Position numbers and translations under genes: made by a program | Notes under the pieces: generated by a model | Databases searched by the model: none | The model's input: only the letters and a program-made list of their open reading frames with translations | What the model was told of the DNA's origin: nothing | NCBI GenBank assembly: GCA_040882355.1 | Contig: JBBEBM010000073.1 | Location: 1 to 61,728, forward strand | DNA from: Dehalococcoidia bacterium | GTDB lineage: Bacteria > Chloroflexota > Dehalococcoidia > DSTF01 > RBG-16-68-14 | DNA: 61,728 bases | Reading direction: 5' to 3' | Shown here: positions 39,447-49,639 of the stretch, in pieces | Layout: every line of letters begins with the position of its first letter | Position numbering within the stretch: the stretch's first letter is position 1

Positions 39447-40252
39447 CCTCCGTCTAGCACGTACCGCTGTATCGCCCAGGCGACGCCGGCGTCCTCGTGG
39501 GAGGGTGCGACGGCGTCGGCGCGCTCCTTCACGTCGTCCGGGGCGTTTCCCATAGCGATGCCCACGCGCGCAAGCTCGAACATCGGCACGTCGGGCAGGG
39601 CGTCGCCAATCGCCATCGTCTCTTCAGGAGGCACGCCCAGGTGGTCCAGCACCAGGCGGAGCGCTTTCCCCTTATCAGCGCCCGCGGCCGTAATCGACAC
39701 GTATGGCTGCGTGGCCTCGCTCCAGGCGGTGTGGAAATCGATCGTGCCCCTGTAGCGCTCTTCGAACGCGTCGACCACGCCGCGCACACCCTCCTCGCTG
39801 AAGACGATGAGGCCCGTGGCGGGTGACGTAACGTGCTCCGCGTGGGTCTTGGCCAGGCGCATGTCGGCCGGCAGGCGCTCGGGGTCGATCGAGCCCTCCC
39901 AGCGGCTGCGCATGTAGGTGACGCCTTCGACGCTGGTGTACGTCTCCCAACCGCCCTCGTCGCACCGCGCCGCGATCTCTCGCGCCGGCTCGGTCGGGAT
40001 GCGCATGTGGAGCAGCTCGGCGCCGTCGTCGGCGGGTTCTTTCACGTGCGCCCCGTTGTGGCAGATCAGCGGCGTAGAGATCTCCAGCCGTCGCGCCGTG
40101 CGCTGGGCGATGCCGTACCAGCGGGCGGTGTTGAGCACGATCTGGACGCCGCGCGCCTTCGCGGCCAGCACCGCGGCGCCGTCCACCTCGCCGACGCGGA
40201 AGTCGGGGCCGAGCAACGTGCCGTCCAGGTCGAGCGCGATCAACTTGATCAT
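39443..40252 (-). CDS. Cof-type HAD hydrolase
   Basis: DLDGTLL, DKG, GDALPD, AMGNA. Confidence 0.92.
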   Translation of the reverse strand: MIKLIALDLDGTLLGPDFRVGEVDGAAVLAAKARGVQIVLNTARWYGIAQRTARRLEISTPLICHNGAHVKEPADDGAELLHMRIPTEPAREIAARCDEGGWETYTSVEGVTYMRSRWEGSIDPERLPADMRLAKTHAEHVTSPATGLIVFSEEGVRGVVDAFEERYRGTIDFHTAWSEATQPYVSITAAGADKGKALRLVLDHLGVPPEETMAIGDALPDVPMFELARVGIAMGNAPDDVKERADAVAPSHEDAGVAWAIQRYVLDGG

Positions 40253-40962
40253 GCGAAGCCTGCCTTCAGTCTCTTCATGCTCGAAAAGCCTCCATGGGCG
40301 ATGACGATGTGGTCGATCACCTCGATGTCGAGCAGCTCACCCGCCGCGATCGCTTGCTTCGTCATCGCGATGTCGTCCGGCGACGGCGTCGGGTCGCCGG
40401 AAGGATGGTTGTGCACCAGGATGACGGCGGGAGCGTTCTGGCGCAACGCCTCGCGGAACAGCTCGCCGATGCGCACGACGGCGGTGTGGACGCTGCCGCG
40501 GTAGACTTCGGCCTTGGCGAGGAGCTGGTTGCGCGTGTTGAGCAGCAGTACCCGCAGGTGCTCCTGTTCGAGGAGTGCCATCTCGGCCTGGAGCAGGTTA
40601 GCGACGTCCTCCGGGAAGCGGACGATCGGGCGCTCCTCGGGCTGAGTTGCGGCCAGGCGCTTGCCCAGCTCCAGCGCCGCCTGCACCTGCGCCGCCTTCG
40701 CCTCGCCGAGGCCGCGCTCGGCGCACAGCTCGGCGAAGCCGGTGCGGGCGAGGCCGACAAGGCCGTCGTGCTGGCTGAGCAGGCGAGATGCCAGCGCGAC
40801 GGCGCTCTCCCGCGCGGAGCCGGTGCGCAGCAGGATGGCGAGCAGCTCCTGATTGGAGAGCGCGCCCGGCCCGGAGTCGCGCAGCCGTTCTCGGGGGCGG
40901 TCGCTGGCCGGCAGATCGCGGATGCGGGCGTGGTACTCGACGTGGCGATCGGCGTCGGTCAT
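40249..40962 (-). CDS. radC: RadC (JAB domain) protein
   Basis: [24 protein letters not shown]. Confidence 0.95.
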   Translation of the reverse strand: MTDADRHVEYHARIRDLPASDRPRERLRDSGPGALSNQELLAILLRTGSARESAVALASRLLSQHDGLVGLARTGFAELCAERGLGEAKAAQVQAALELGKRLAATQPEERPIVRFPEDVANLLQAEMALLEQEHLRVLLLNTRNQLLAKAEVYRGSVHTAVVRIGELFREALRQNAPAVILVHNHPSGDPTPSPDDIAMTKQAIAAGELLDIEVIDHIVIAHGGFSSMKRLKAGFA

Positions 40963-41387
40963 GCCTCTGCCTTTAGCTCCTCGCGCTGCACAACTTCGAC
41001 GCTCTCCACGGTACCCGTGTGAGGGAGGTGGGTGATGCGTACGACGCTGCCTGACTCGATGTCGAGCGCGTGCTCGGGCTCGATGCGGAAGACGTTGCGT
41101 TCGACGAAGATGTACGTGTTCTGGAAGAAGAGGAACTCGCTGCGGCTCCAGCGCCGCTCGACGAGGCCGACCGTTTCCTTCGTCTGCGACAGGAGATCGC
41201 GCAGGCCTTGAATCACCTGATAGCCCAGGAGCAGCGTGACGAAACCCACGATGACGAGACCGACGATGCTCCCTGCGCTCGCGCCCTCGCGCCCCACGTC
41301 TTGCACGATCAGCGCGAGAATGATGAGCGTGATCGCGAGGAACGGGCTGAAAAGGAGGACGCTGCGAAGGACGGCCATCCGCGCCAT
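40959..41387 (-). CDS. Hypothetical membrane protein (2 TM + small beta domain)
   Basis: Hydrophobic N-terminus; stop overlaps the radC start. Confidence 0.75.
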   Translation of the reverse strand: MARMAVLRSVLLFSPFLAITLIILALIVQDVGREGASAGSIVGLVIVGFVTLLLGYQVIQGLRDLLSQTKETVGLVERRWSRSEFLFFQNTYIFVERNVFRIEPEHALDIESGSVVRITHLPHTGTVESVEVVQREELKAEA

Positions 41388-41397
41388 GACGTGCCCG

Positions 41398-41943
41398 CTA
41401 GGGCAAGGTGAGCTGCCGTCCGGTTTCGAGCAGGTCGTTGGGGCTGAGATTGTTGGCGGCGGCGATCTGCTCCGCGTAATCAACCGCGCCCACGCCCGGC
41501 GGCGCGTTGGCCGCGGCGATGCTGAGAAGCGTGTCGCCTGACTGCACGCGGTATGTTCGCGGCTCAGGCGTCGCTGTCGCCGCTGGTACGGTGGGTGTGC
41601 CGCCCGCTGAGGTGGGAGCCGGAGTCGTGGCTGCGGCGGTGGGGCTCGCGGTCCGCTCCGGCGTCGTGTCAACTTCATCGGTCGTGATCGCGGTGGGCGT
41701 GAGCCCGGGGATGATCACCGGCTCGCTGTTCCCGGAACCTGGCGGCTGCACCAGCAGCCAGATGGCTACCGCCGTGCCGATCAGCAGGGCGAGCAGCGAC
41801 CCGCGGTACAGGTTGAAGGAAGGGAGGGCGCTGGAGGGGTTGAGGCACTCAGCGCAGAGGTCGCCTCCGTGCAACTCGCAGTACACTCGCGCGCAGCGCC
41901 GGCACTGGCGGGCGGCCGCGTTGTCGCAGGCGTAGCACTCCAT
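41398..41943 (-). CDS. Zn-finger / TM / LysM protein
   Basis: CxxC..CxxC..CxxH..CxxC, TM, Thr/Pro linker, YRVQSGDTLLSIA..GRQLTLP. Confidence 0.85.
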   Translation of the reverse strand: MECYACDNAAARQCRRCARVYCELHGGDLCAECLNPSSALPSFNLYRGSLLALLIGTAVAIWLLVQPPGSGNSEPVIIPGLTPTAITTDEVDTTPERTASPTAAATTPAPTSAGGTPTVPAATATPEPRTYRVQSGDTLLSIAAANAPPGVGAVDYAEQIAAANNLSPNDLLETGRQLTLP

Positions 41944-42077
41944 CAAGGGGACTATACCAAGCTAGGAACTGGCGGGCCAGACGCGCTGCGCGCGGGCTCA
42001 AGAGAGCCTCCCGAGCTTGGCGAGGCGAGCGATGACCGCGCGTGCGCCTGGCTACGAGGGACCTCGTATCGTCGAGT

Positions 42078-42467
42078 TTACTGCAGCTCGACGGTGGCGC
42101 CGGCTTCTTCCAGCTTCTTCTTGACGTTCTCGGCGTCTTCCTTGTTGATGTCTTCCTTGACGGCCACCGGCGCGGACTCGACGAGGTCCTTCGCTTCCTT
42201 CAGGCCAAGCGTGGTTACCTCACGGACGGCCTTGATCACGTTGATCTTGTTGGCGCCGATGTCCTTGAGCAGCACCGAGAACTCGGTCTTCTCCTCCACC
42301 TCGGCGGCTGGGGCGGCGGCGCCCGCGGCGGCCGGCGCGGCGGCGAAGGCGACCGGCGCGGCGGCCGTGATGCCGAACTCGTCTTCGATGCGCTTGTTCA
42401 GGTCGCGCAGCTCGATGATCGTCATGTCCTTGATGATGTCGAAGGCCTGGTCAATCTTGTCTGCCAC
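42078..42467 (-). CDS. rplL: 50S ribosomal protein L7/L12
   Basis: [30 protein letters not shown] before GTG 42467 (alternative ATG 42569). Confidence 0.96.
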   Translation of the reverse strand: MADKIDQAFDIIKDMTIIELRDLNKRIEDEFGITAAAPVAFAAAPAAAGAAAPAAEVEEKTEFSVLLKDIGANKINVIKAVREVTTLGLKEAKDLVESAPVAVKEDINKEDAENVKKKLEEAGATVELQ

Positions 42468-42575
42468 GTCTGCTGTTCCTCCTCTTGTCGTCTTGGGTTT
42501 CGCTTCCGATGCCTCAGCGGCAGCCGTGTCGGTCTCAGCTTCGGCTACCTGCGTCGTTTCTTCTGTCATCCGGCG

Positions 42576-43136
42576 TCACGCCCCTTCCAGTTGCTTGGCG
42601 CGCGCCTCCAGCAGCCCGCCGAAGGTGCGCATGCTGTCGTTGATTAGGACGCCGGCCGGGTTCTTCATCGCGGCGTTGAGCAAGCGCGCTAGCTGCGTGA
42701 TGGGCGACTGCAGCGCTCCGGCCAGCTTCGCGATCAGAACTTCGCGGGGCGGGAGCGCCGCCAGGTCCTGTACGTCTGCGAGGCTGAGCAGTTGGCCGTT
42801 GAGCACGCCCTTGCGCACAGCGAAGGTGTTGCGCGCGGTGCGCATGTACTCGGTCGCCGCCTTCGCGGGCGCCGTGACGTCGTCGAAGCCGAAGATGATC
42901 GCCGTGGGGCCTTCGAGCAGCTCGGCGAGCTCCGGCCGGCCCGCGTCGTTGGCGGCGCGCAGGAACAGGCGGTTTTTCACGACTCGCAGCTCCACGCCGG
43001 CCTCGCGGATGGCGCGCCGGAGTTGCGACATGTGGGTGACACTCAGGCCTCTGTACTCGGCGGCAATGGCGATGGTGCTGCGTTCGATGCGCTCGCGCAG
43101 CTCCTCTACCGTCTCGATCTTCTTCTGCGTGGTCAC
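42576..43136 (-). CDS. rplJ: 50S ribosomal protein L10
   Basis: YRGLSV, VVKNRL, LAALPPRE. Confidence 0.96.
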   Translation of the reverse strand: MTTQKKIETVEELRERIERSTIAIAAEYRGLSVTHMSQLRRAIREAGVELRVVKNRLFLRAANDAGRPELAELLEGPTAIIFGFDDVTAPAKAATEYMRTARNTFAVRKGVLNGQLLSLADVQDLAALPPREVLIAKLAGALQSPITQLARLLNAAMKNPAGVLINDSMRTFGGLLEARAKQLEGA

Positions 43137-43159
43137 GCGACTCCTCCCAAACGAAAACG

Positions 43160-43295
43160 CCCTGTCTTCGAAGACAGGGCGCGAGCACTCGCACAGGAAC
43201 CGCGCACCCAGTACGCGGCTTGGAGACTTGCTCGGACAACCTCGGCGGGCGCTAGGCTTTAGCTCGCGAACGAGACCCGCTGTCTTCGGCTGCTC
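43160..43295 (-). promoter_or_regulatory. L10 leader RNA
   Basis: CCGAAGACAGCGGG...CCCGCCGAGG kink-turn-like pattern upstream of rplJ. Confidence 0.8.
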
Positions 43296-43331
43296 TCAGC
43301 ATGCCAGAGCGGGCGCTCCGGCGCAAGTTCG

Positions 43332-43766
43332 CTACTGGGCCATGGCGGCGGCGCGCTTCTCCATCTCCTCCGGCGAGACGTCCTCGACGTGCGTGGCGAC
43401 CCACCACTGGTTGCCGAAGGCGTCCTTCACGGCGGCGTTGCGGTCGCCGTAGAACTGGTCGGCTGGCTCTCGCATCGATGTCCCGCCGGCCTTCAGGGCC
43501 TGCTGGTACATCGTGTCGACATCGTCCACGAACAGGTAGATCATGGCGGTCATCGGCGGGTTCTCGCCGCCGGCGTCCGCCAGCATGAGGACGGAATCGC
43601 CGATCCGCACCTCGGCGTGCATGACGGGACCGCCGGGTGAACCCATGCGGCCTCGCGCTTGCGCTCCGAAAGCCTGCTTCATGAACTCGATGAGCTTGTC
43701 CGCGCCCTCAACGATGAGGTAGGGCGTGACGGTGTGGTAGCCGTCGGGGATGGGCTTGACTGGCAT
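43332..43766 (-). CDS. VOC/glyoxalase (PhnB-like) protein
   Basis: PDGYHTVTPYL, HAEVRIGDS, DQFYGDR, DAFGNQW. Confidence 0.93.
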   Translation of the reverse strand: MPVKPIPDGYHTVTPYLIVEGADKLIEFMKQAFGAQARGRMGSPGGPVMHAEVRIGDSVLMLADAGGENPPMTAMIYLFVDDVDTMYQQALKAGGTSMREPADQFYGDRNAAVKDAFGNQWWVATHVEDVSPEEMEKRAAAMAQ

Positions 43767-43856
43767 GGTGGGTCTCCTCTCCGGGCGCTCCCCTGTCCGA
43801 TTTGAGGACAGTATGACTCCCGACGAGTCTGGTGTGAAGGATGGTAGTCGGAAACG

Positions 43857-44567
43857 CTACTGGGCGCTGAGCGCCAGCGTGGGGGTGAGGTCCAGGCTGA
43901 TACCGGGGCCCATGGTGGTGGCGAGGGTCATGCTGCGAATGAACTGGCCCTTGGCGCCGGACGGCTTGTTCTTGACGACCTCCTGCACCAGCGTCGCCAG
44001 GTTCTCCAGCAGCTTCTCCTCTTCGAAGCTCACCTTGCCGATCGGCACGTGCACGATCGAGGTGCGGTCGAGGCGGAACTCGACGCGGCCTTGCTTGGCG
44101 TCGCGCACGCCTTTCGCGATGTCCTGCCCTTCGACAACGGTGCCGGCGCGCGGGTTCGGCATCAGGCCGCGCGGGCCGAGCACGCGGCCGAGCCGGCCCA
44201 CCTTTCCCATCAGCTCTCGCTGGGCGAGGGCGACGTCGAAGTCGGTCCAGCCTTCTTCGACCTTCTTGATCAGCTCGTCGCTGCCGACGAACTCAGCGCC
44301 TTCCGCCTCCGCGACACGCGCCGCTTCGCCTTCGGCGAAGACGAGCACGCGGACGGACTTGCCCAGGCCGTGGGGCAGGAGTGCGGTGCCGCGGAGCTGC
44401 TGCTCCGCGTGGCGCGGGTCCAGACCGGTGCGCATGTGCAGCTCGACGGTCTCGTCGAACTTGGCGTAAGATGTCTGCTTGGCGAGACGGACCGCCTCAT
44501 CGGGCGGGTAATGGCGTGCTTCTTCGACCAGCGCCGCCTTCTCTCGATACTGCTTGCCGCGCTTCAT
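43857..44567 (-). CDS. rplA: 50S ribosomal protein L1
   Basis: [30 protein letters not shown]. Confidence 0.98.
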   Translation of the reverse strand: MKRGKQYREKAALVEEARHYPPDEAVRLAKQTSYAKFDETVELHMRTGLDPRHAEQQLRGTALLPHGLGKSVRVLVFAEGEAARVAEAEGAEFVGSDELIKKVEEGWTDFDVALAQRELMGKVGRLGRVLGPRGLMPNPRAGTVVEGQDIAKGVRDAKQGRVEFRLDRTSIVHVPIGKVSFEEEKLLENLATLVQEVVKNKPSGAKGQFIRSMTLATTMGPGISLDLTPTLALSAQ

Positions 44568-44989
44568 CCCTCCACCTCAATGCCCATGCTGCGCGCGGTG
44601 CCCTCGATCTGAGCCATCGCCGCCTCGGCGTCGTGCGCGTTCAGGTCGCGCATCTTGAGTTCGGCGATCTGACGCACCTGGTCGCGCGAGACGGTCCCGA
44701 CCTTCTCGCGGATCTGGGTGGGGCTCCCTTTCTCGATGCTGGCCGCCTTCTTGAGCAGGTCGGAGGCGGGCGGCGTCTTCAGGGCGAACGTGAACGAGCG
44801 GTCCTCGAAGACGGTGATTTCGACCGGCACGATCGTGCCCGCCTGCATACTGGTCTTCTCGTTGTACTCCTTGCAGAAGCCCATGATGTTGACGCCGTGC
44901 TGGCCCAAGGCCGGCCCGACCGGCGGCGCGGGGTTCGCCTTGCCCGCCTCGATCTGAAGCTTGATGATCGCGCGGACCTTCTTGGCCAT
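44564..44989 (-). CDS. rplK: 50S ribosomal protein L11
   Basis: [25 protein letters not shown]. Confidence 0.98.
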   Translation of the reverse strand: MAKKVRAIIKLQIEAGKANPAPPVGPALGQHGVNIMGFCKEYNEKTSMQAGTIVPVEITVFEDRSFTFALKTPPASDLLKKAASIEKGSPTQIREKVGTVSRDQVRQIAELKMRDLNAHDAEAAMAQIEGTARSMGIEVEG

Positions 44990-44990
44990 C

Positions 44991-45638
44991 CTAGAGTCGC
45001 TCCACCTGGAGGAAGTCCAACTCGACCGGCGTCTCGCGGCCGAAGAACGAAACGAGCACCTTGACCTTGCCCTTCTCCAGGTTGATCTCATCGACCTGGC
45101 CGACGAAGTCCTGGAACGGCCCGTCGACGATGCGCACGCTCTGACCGATGGCGAAGCCGACCTTGACGCGCGGCTCCTCGAGTCGCATGCGGCTCAGGAT
45201 GCGGCGCACTTCGGGGTCGTCCAGCGGCTCGGGTCGCGTGCCGGAGCCGACGAAGCCCGTCACGCCCGGCGTGTTCCGCACGACGAACCAGGCGCGGTTG
45301 GAGTTCGGATCGTCCTCCTTGAGCTCCACCATCTGAACAAGGATGTAGCCTGGAAAGATCTTGCGCGCGACGGTGCGGCGCTGTCCCTCGCGAATTTCGA
45401 TCTCGTCCTCGGTCGGCACGACGACGCGGAAGATCAGGTCCTGCGCGTCCATGGACGCTATGCGGTGCTCCAGGTTGGTCTTCACCTTGTTCTCGTGGCC
45501 GGAGTAGGTGTGGATGACGTACCAGACGCGCCCTTCCTGAAACGCCTCCGCTTCAGACGGGATCTCCGGGTGGGCGACCGATTCCTCCGTCGCCGCTTCC
45601 ACGGGAGCGACCTGGGTTTCTTCTGGGTTGGCAATCAT
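44991..45638 (-). CDS. nusG: Transcription factor NusG
   Basis: [36 protein letters not shown]. Confidence 0.97.
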   Translation of the reverse strand: MIANPEETQVAPVEAATEESVAHPEIPSEAEAFQEGRVWYVIHTYSGHENKVKTNLEHRIASMDAQDLIFRVVVPTEDEIEIREGQRRTVARKIFPGYILVQMVELKEDDPNSNRAWFVVRNTPGVTGFVGSGTRPEPLDDPEVRRILSRMRLEEPRVKVGFAIGQSVRIVDGPFQDFVGQVDEINLEKGKVKVLVSFFGRETPVELDFLQVERL

Positions 45639-45651
45639 GATTACGGCGGGC

Positions 45652-45969
45652 TTATTGCAGGATCGTGTTATCGATGAACCAGTTGAAGAACATGTCGATA
45701 CCGCCCAGGAACACGCCGATGACCGAGGCGACGATGATGACCACAACGGTCAGGTACCAGGCCTCCTCGCGGGTGGGCCAGGTGACCTTGCGCAGCTCGC
45801 TGATGATATCCTCCGCCCAACGCGGCCTCAGGATCCCCATGATCCCCCGGCCGCCTTGCGCCTCCCGCTGAGGACGGCGGGGTGCTCCTGTCGAGATGCC
45901 CGGAGCGCGCGGCGTGCGCTGCCGCCCGGCCTTCGCGGACGTCGGGTGGCGCCTGATCGCTCTGCTCAT
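45652..45969 (-). CDS. secE: Preprotein translocase SecE
   Basis: ELRKVTWPTR + single TM. Confidence 0.95.
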   Translation of the reverse strand: MSRAIRRHPTSAKAGRQRTPRAPGISTGAPRRPQREAQGGRGIMGILRPRWAEDIISELRKVTWPTREEAWYLTVVVIIVASVIGVFLGGIDMFFNWFIDNTILQ

Positions 45970-45985
45970 CGTTCCGCCTGCGCCA

Positions 45986-46150
45986 CTAACGCGACTCTCG
46001 ATGGAGGCGATGCACCCGGCAGCGAGGGCAGAACTTCTTCAGCTCCAGCCGGTCGGCATCGTTCCGGCGGTTCTTCGCCGTCGAGTAGTTCCGCTCGCGG
46101 CACTCCGAGCAGGCGAGCGTGATAACGATGCGGTCCTCCTTCTTGGCCAC
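45986..46150 (-). CDS. rpmG: 50S ribosomal protein L33 (Zn-binding form)
   Basis: Manual translation [54 protein letters not shown]. Confidence 0.96.
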   Translation of the reverse strand: MAKKEDRIVITLACSECRERNYSTAKNRRNDADRLELKKFCPRCRVHRLHRESR

Positions 46151-46153
46151 GCG

Positions 46154-47353
46154 TTACTCCAGGACCTTCGTGATGACGCCGGCGCCCACGGTGCGGCCTC
46201 CCTCGCGGATGGCGAAGCGGAGGCCCTCTTCCATGGCGACCGGTTGGATCAATCTGATCTTCATCTGAGTATTATCGCCCGGCATCACCATCTCCACTCC
46301 CTCCTGGAGCTCAATGGCGCCCGTAACGTCCGTTGTTCGGACGTAGAACTGGGGCCGGTAGCCGGTGAAGAACGGCGTGTGCCGGCCGCCCTCTTCCTTG
46401 GAGAGCACGTAGACCTCACCGTCGAAATAGGTGTGGGGGGTGATCGAGCCGGGCTTCGCGAGCACCTGGCCGCGCTCGACGTCCTCCCGCTCTACGCCGC
46501 GCAAGAGGCAGCCGACGTTGTCGCCGGCCTCGCCCTCGTCCAGCGTCTTCTGGAACATCTCGACGCCCGTGACCACGGTCTTGCGGGTCTCCTTGATGCC
46601 GACGATCTCGATATCGTCGCCGGTGTGGACGACGCCGCGCTCTACTCGGCCGGTCACGACCGTGCCACGGCCTTTGATGCCGAAGACGTCTTCGATGGGC
46701 ATCAGGAAGGGCTTCTCCTTGGCGCGCACGGGCTGCGGGATGTACTCGTCCAGCGCCTTCATCAGCTCCCAGATGGGCTGGTATTCGGGCGCTTCAGTGT
46801 CTTCGTTCGTGCTTTCCAGCGCCTTCAACGCGCTGCCCCGGATGATCGGGATATCATCGCCCGGGAAGCCCTGCTTCGTGAGCAGCTCGCGCAGCTCCAG
46901 CTCGACCAGGTCGAGCAGCTCCGGGTCGTCCATCATGTCGACCTTGTTCAAGAAGACGACGATGTTCGGCACCTCCACCTGGCGGGCAAGCAGGATGTGC
47001 TCGCGCGTCTGCGGCATCGGGCCGTCGGGCGCTGCGACGACGAGGATGGCGCCGTCCATCTGGGCGGCGCCGGTGATCATGTTCTTGATGTAGTCGGCGT
47101 GGCCCGGGCAGTCCACGTGGGCGTAGTGACGGTTCTCCGTCTCGTACTCGACGTGAGCGATGGCGATGGTGATGCCGCGCTCGCGCTCTTCCGGCGCCTT
47201 GTCGATGCTGAAGAAGTCGCGGTACGGCGCCCAGCCCTTGTACGACAGCAGCTTTGTGATGGCCGCGGTGAGCGTCGTCTTGCCGTGGTCGACGTGGCCG
47301 ATGGTGCCAACGTTGACGTGGGGCTTCGTGCGCTCAAACTTCTGCTTGGCCAT
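46154..47353 (-). CDS. tuf: Elongation factor Tu
   Basis: [20 protein letters not shown]. Confidence 0.99.
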   Translation of the reverse strand: MAKQKFERTKPHVNVGTIGHVDHGKTTLTAAITKLLSYKGWAPYRDFFSIDKAPEERERGITIAIAHVEYETENRHYAHVDCPGHADYIKNMITGAAQMDGAILVVAAPDGPMPQTREHILLARQVEVPNIVVFLNKVDMMDDPELLDLVELELRELLTKQGFPGDDIPIIRGSALKALESTNEDTEAPEYQPIWELMKALDEYIPQPVRAKEKPFLMPIEDVFGIKGRGTVVTGRVERGVVHTGDDIEIVGIKETRKTVVTGVEMFQKTLDEGEAGDNVGCLLRGVEREDVERGQVLAKPGSITPHTYFDGEVYVLSKEEGGRHTPFFTGYRPQFYVRTTDVTGAIELQEGVEMVMPGDNTQMKIRLIQPVAMEEGLRFAIREGGRTVGAGVITKVLE

Positions 47354-47429
47354 GATACGTTCGTCCTCCTTGTATCCTTACGTCCTGGTCCCGGCAAGCC
47401 CGGGACCCCTGACCTGTGTTACCGGTAAG

Positions 47430-47505
47430 TGGAGCCCACAATCGGACTCGAACCGATGACCTCGCCCTTACCAAGGGCGTGCTCTACCTGCTGAGCTATG
47501 TGGGC
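47430..47505 (-). tRNA. tRNA-Thr(GGT)
   Basis: Cloverleaf, CGCCC-TTGGTAA-GGGCG anticodon arm, TTCGA, CCA. Confidence 0.96.
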
Positions 47506-47537
47506 GCGCTTGCGCCAGAGGCCGGAGCCTCTCTCGA

Positions 47538-47566
47538 ATCATGACGCTTCCAGCTTCTGGCGTCAA
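47538..47566 (-). promoter_or_regulatory. Possible internal promoter for tRNA-Thr/tuf
   Basis: TTGACG-17 nt-CATGAT. Confidence 0.4.
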
Positions 47567-47573
47567 CTGTTGC

Positions 47574-47661
47574 TGGTGGAGGGAGCAGGATTCGAACCTG
47601 CGTAGCCCGTCAGGGCACCGATTTTACAGACCGGCGGTTTTAGCCACTCACCCATCCCTCC
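47574..47661 (-). tRNA. tRNA-Tyr(GTA)
   Basis: CTGTAAA anticodon loop, long variable arm, CCA. Confidence 0.96.
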
Positions 47662-47669
47662 TTGAGCAG

Positions 47670-47745
47670 TGGAGCCCGCGAGGGGATTCGAACCCACTAA
47701 CCTACCGATTACAAATCGGTTGCGCTACCATTGCGCCACGCGGGC
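47670..47745 (-). tRNA. tRNA-Thr(TGT)
   Basis: ACCGA-TTTGTAA-TCGGT anticodon arm, CCA. Confidence 0.96.
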
Positions 47746-47817
47746 TCGCTAGCCGTCCGCCTGCGGCGGACAAGGGCCTAACAAAAGTACGCCCCCGACA
47801 GGTCGGGGCCTGCCTGC

Positions 47818-47847
47818 AGTATAGGCGGCTTGGTTGAGCGAAGTCAA
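47818..47847 (-). promoter_or_regulatory. Sigma70 promoter of the tRNA-tuf operon
   Basis: TTGACT-18 nt-TATACT. Confidence 0.7.
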
Positions 47848-47877
47848 GCAGCTACCATGCTGTAGAGAACATGGTCG

Positions 47878-48708
47878 ATGAGTAACGCCGAGGACACTCG
47901 ACGCAAGAGGGTCGGGGCCGCCTTGATAGGCGGCCTGCTGCTGTCACTCACGCTGGTGGCCGGCTGCGACGGCGATGACGGCGACGCCGACCCGACGGCC
48001 ACCGCGCCGTCGAGCTCGCCGGTCGAAGAACAGTCGGCGCCGGCGCCGACCGCTGAAAGCGCGCTGCCGCTCGACCGCTACCACTACGTCGCTTCGCTCA
48101 CGCTGCGTGAGACGAAGCCCGACGGCGCGGAAGAGGTCGTGATCTCCACCGAGGGCGACTACCAGTCGCCTGACCGTCACGCCCTGACGCACACCATTCG
48201 CTCCGGCTCCGACGTGTACGCTCGTAGCGCGGTGATGATGGGAGACAGGGCGTGGTACCGAATCAGTCAGGGCGCCTGGCTGCCGGTGACCCGCGAGGAC
48301 GCGCGGCTCACATCGCTCGCGAGCACGGCGTTCTCGCCGTTGCGTCAGGGCTTCCTCGGCGGTCCGAGCTTCGCCGACGTGCAGAAGAACGTGCGGCGGC
48401 TCACGCCGACGGTCGAGTCGGTCAACGGCGTGTCCGCAAACCACTACAACGTAGACGCGGCGGGCCGGGAGTTCGTCCTCGGGTTCTTGTTGGATGACGC
48501 GAACCAGCCGGACGTGCAGGATCTGGCGTGGGACCTCTGGCTGGCTGATGACGGCGATTGGCCGGTGCGCCTGGTTGCTTCGGGAACGACCGCGGCCGGC
48601 TACGCTGGGCTCGACGAGCTGCAGCTCGAAGCGCCTGTGACGTGGGAGCTGCGCATCGACATCTCCCGCCCCAACGACCCCGCCCTCGCCATCGCGGCCC
48701 CTAGCTGA
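47878..48708 (+). CDS. Lipoprotein, LppX/LprAFG-like
   Basis: Lipobox VAGC; ESVNGVSANHY, DLWL, C-terminal IAAP. Confidence 0.7.
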   Translation: MSNAEDTRRKRVGAALIGGLLLSLTLVAGCDGDDGDADPTATAPSSSPVEEQSAPAPTAESALPLDRYHYVASLTLRETKPDGAEEVVISTEGDYQSPDRHALTHTIRSGSDVYARSAVMMGDRAWYRISQGAWLPVTREDARLTSLASTAFSPLRQGFLGGPSFADVQKNVRRLTPTVESVNGVSANHYNVDAAGREFVLGFLLDDANQPDVQDLAWDLWLADDGDWPVRLVASGTTAAGYAGLDELQLEAPVTWELRIDISRPNDPALAIAAPS

Positions 48709-49530
48709 CGAGCGGCCGCCACGCGCGCTGCCCGTTCGCCTGCACGATCTGCCCGAAGCTGTTCGGGCTGAAGTGCCCGCCCGCCACCAGGATCTGCTCC
48801 CGAATCAGGCGCTCCACCAGCGCCCGCTTGGTGCGTCGCGAGAGGCGGGGCAGCTCGTCGACCGACGCGACCCAGATACGCACGAGGTTGAGGGGATGGT
48901 GCGCGACGTCGCCCAGGATGATCGCGGTCTCGCCACCCGATGCCACCGCGACCGAGCAGTGGCCGGGCGTGTGCCCCGGTGTCGGCAGCAGGCTCACCTC
49001 CGGCGTGATCGCCGCCTCGCCCTCCGCGAGATGGAGCTGCGGGCTCTCCTTCAGCGGGAGCACGTCCGTCGGAATGTAGGGTTCCTCGCCCGCCATGTCG
49101 GGATCCGTCCAGAAGTCCCACTCCTGCGCGATCCAGTACCTGGCCTTCGGGAAGGTGGCGACGTAGGCGCCGTCGCGCTCGGTGCAGTTCCAGCCGACGT
49201 GATCGACGTGCAAATGGGTGTTTACGACGAGACCGATGTCGTCCGGCCGCACGCCAAGCTTCTCCAGGTTCGTGAGCAGCTCACCGCCTGCACCTGGGGG
49301 TTCTTTACGCCTGCGCGGGTATCGACCAGGATCGTCTTGCCGGAGGAACGCACCAGGAAGCTGCCGAACTTGACGGCGATCAACCCATCGCCGGCGAGGT
49401 CGTCGCCGTGAGCGGGCGTGTACAGCTCGGGCGGGATGCCGGAGAAGAAGAACGATGGCGGCCCGCGCATCACGCCGTCGATGACGCTCACGATCTCGAC
49501 ACTTCCGACGGTAATTAGGTCGATGGGCAT
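48701..49530 (-). pseudogene. MBL-fold metallo-hydrolase, frameshifted near 49296-49300
   Basis: N-terminal MPIDLITVGSVEI...ILVDT in one frame; THLHVDHVGWN, PGHTPGH, GDVAH in another. Confidence 0.85.
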
Positions 49531-49639
49531 GGCTTCCTCCACTGCGCGCGCAGCCGTGCCAGGATAGTCGCGGTGATCGACGGGCGTCAACGAGCGCCGG
49601 TTGACGCCGCCGGAAGGCCGATGTACTCTGCGGGCGCTC

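Noticed and set aside
40249..40962. radC as a marker of a mobile element
   Set aside because: Full-length chromosomal type with the N-terminal HhH region in a housekeeping context.
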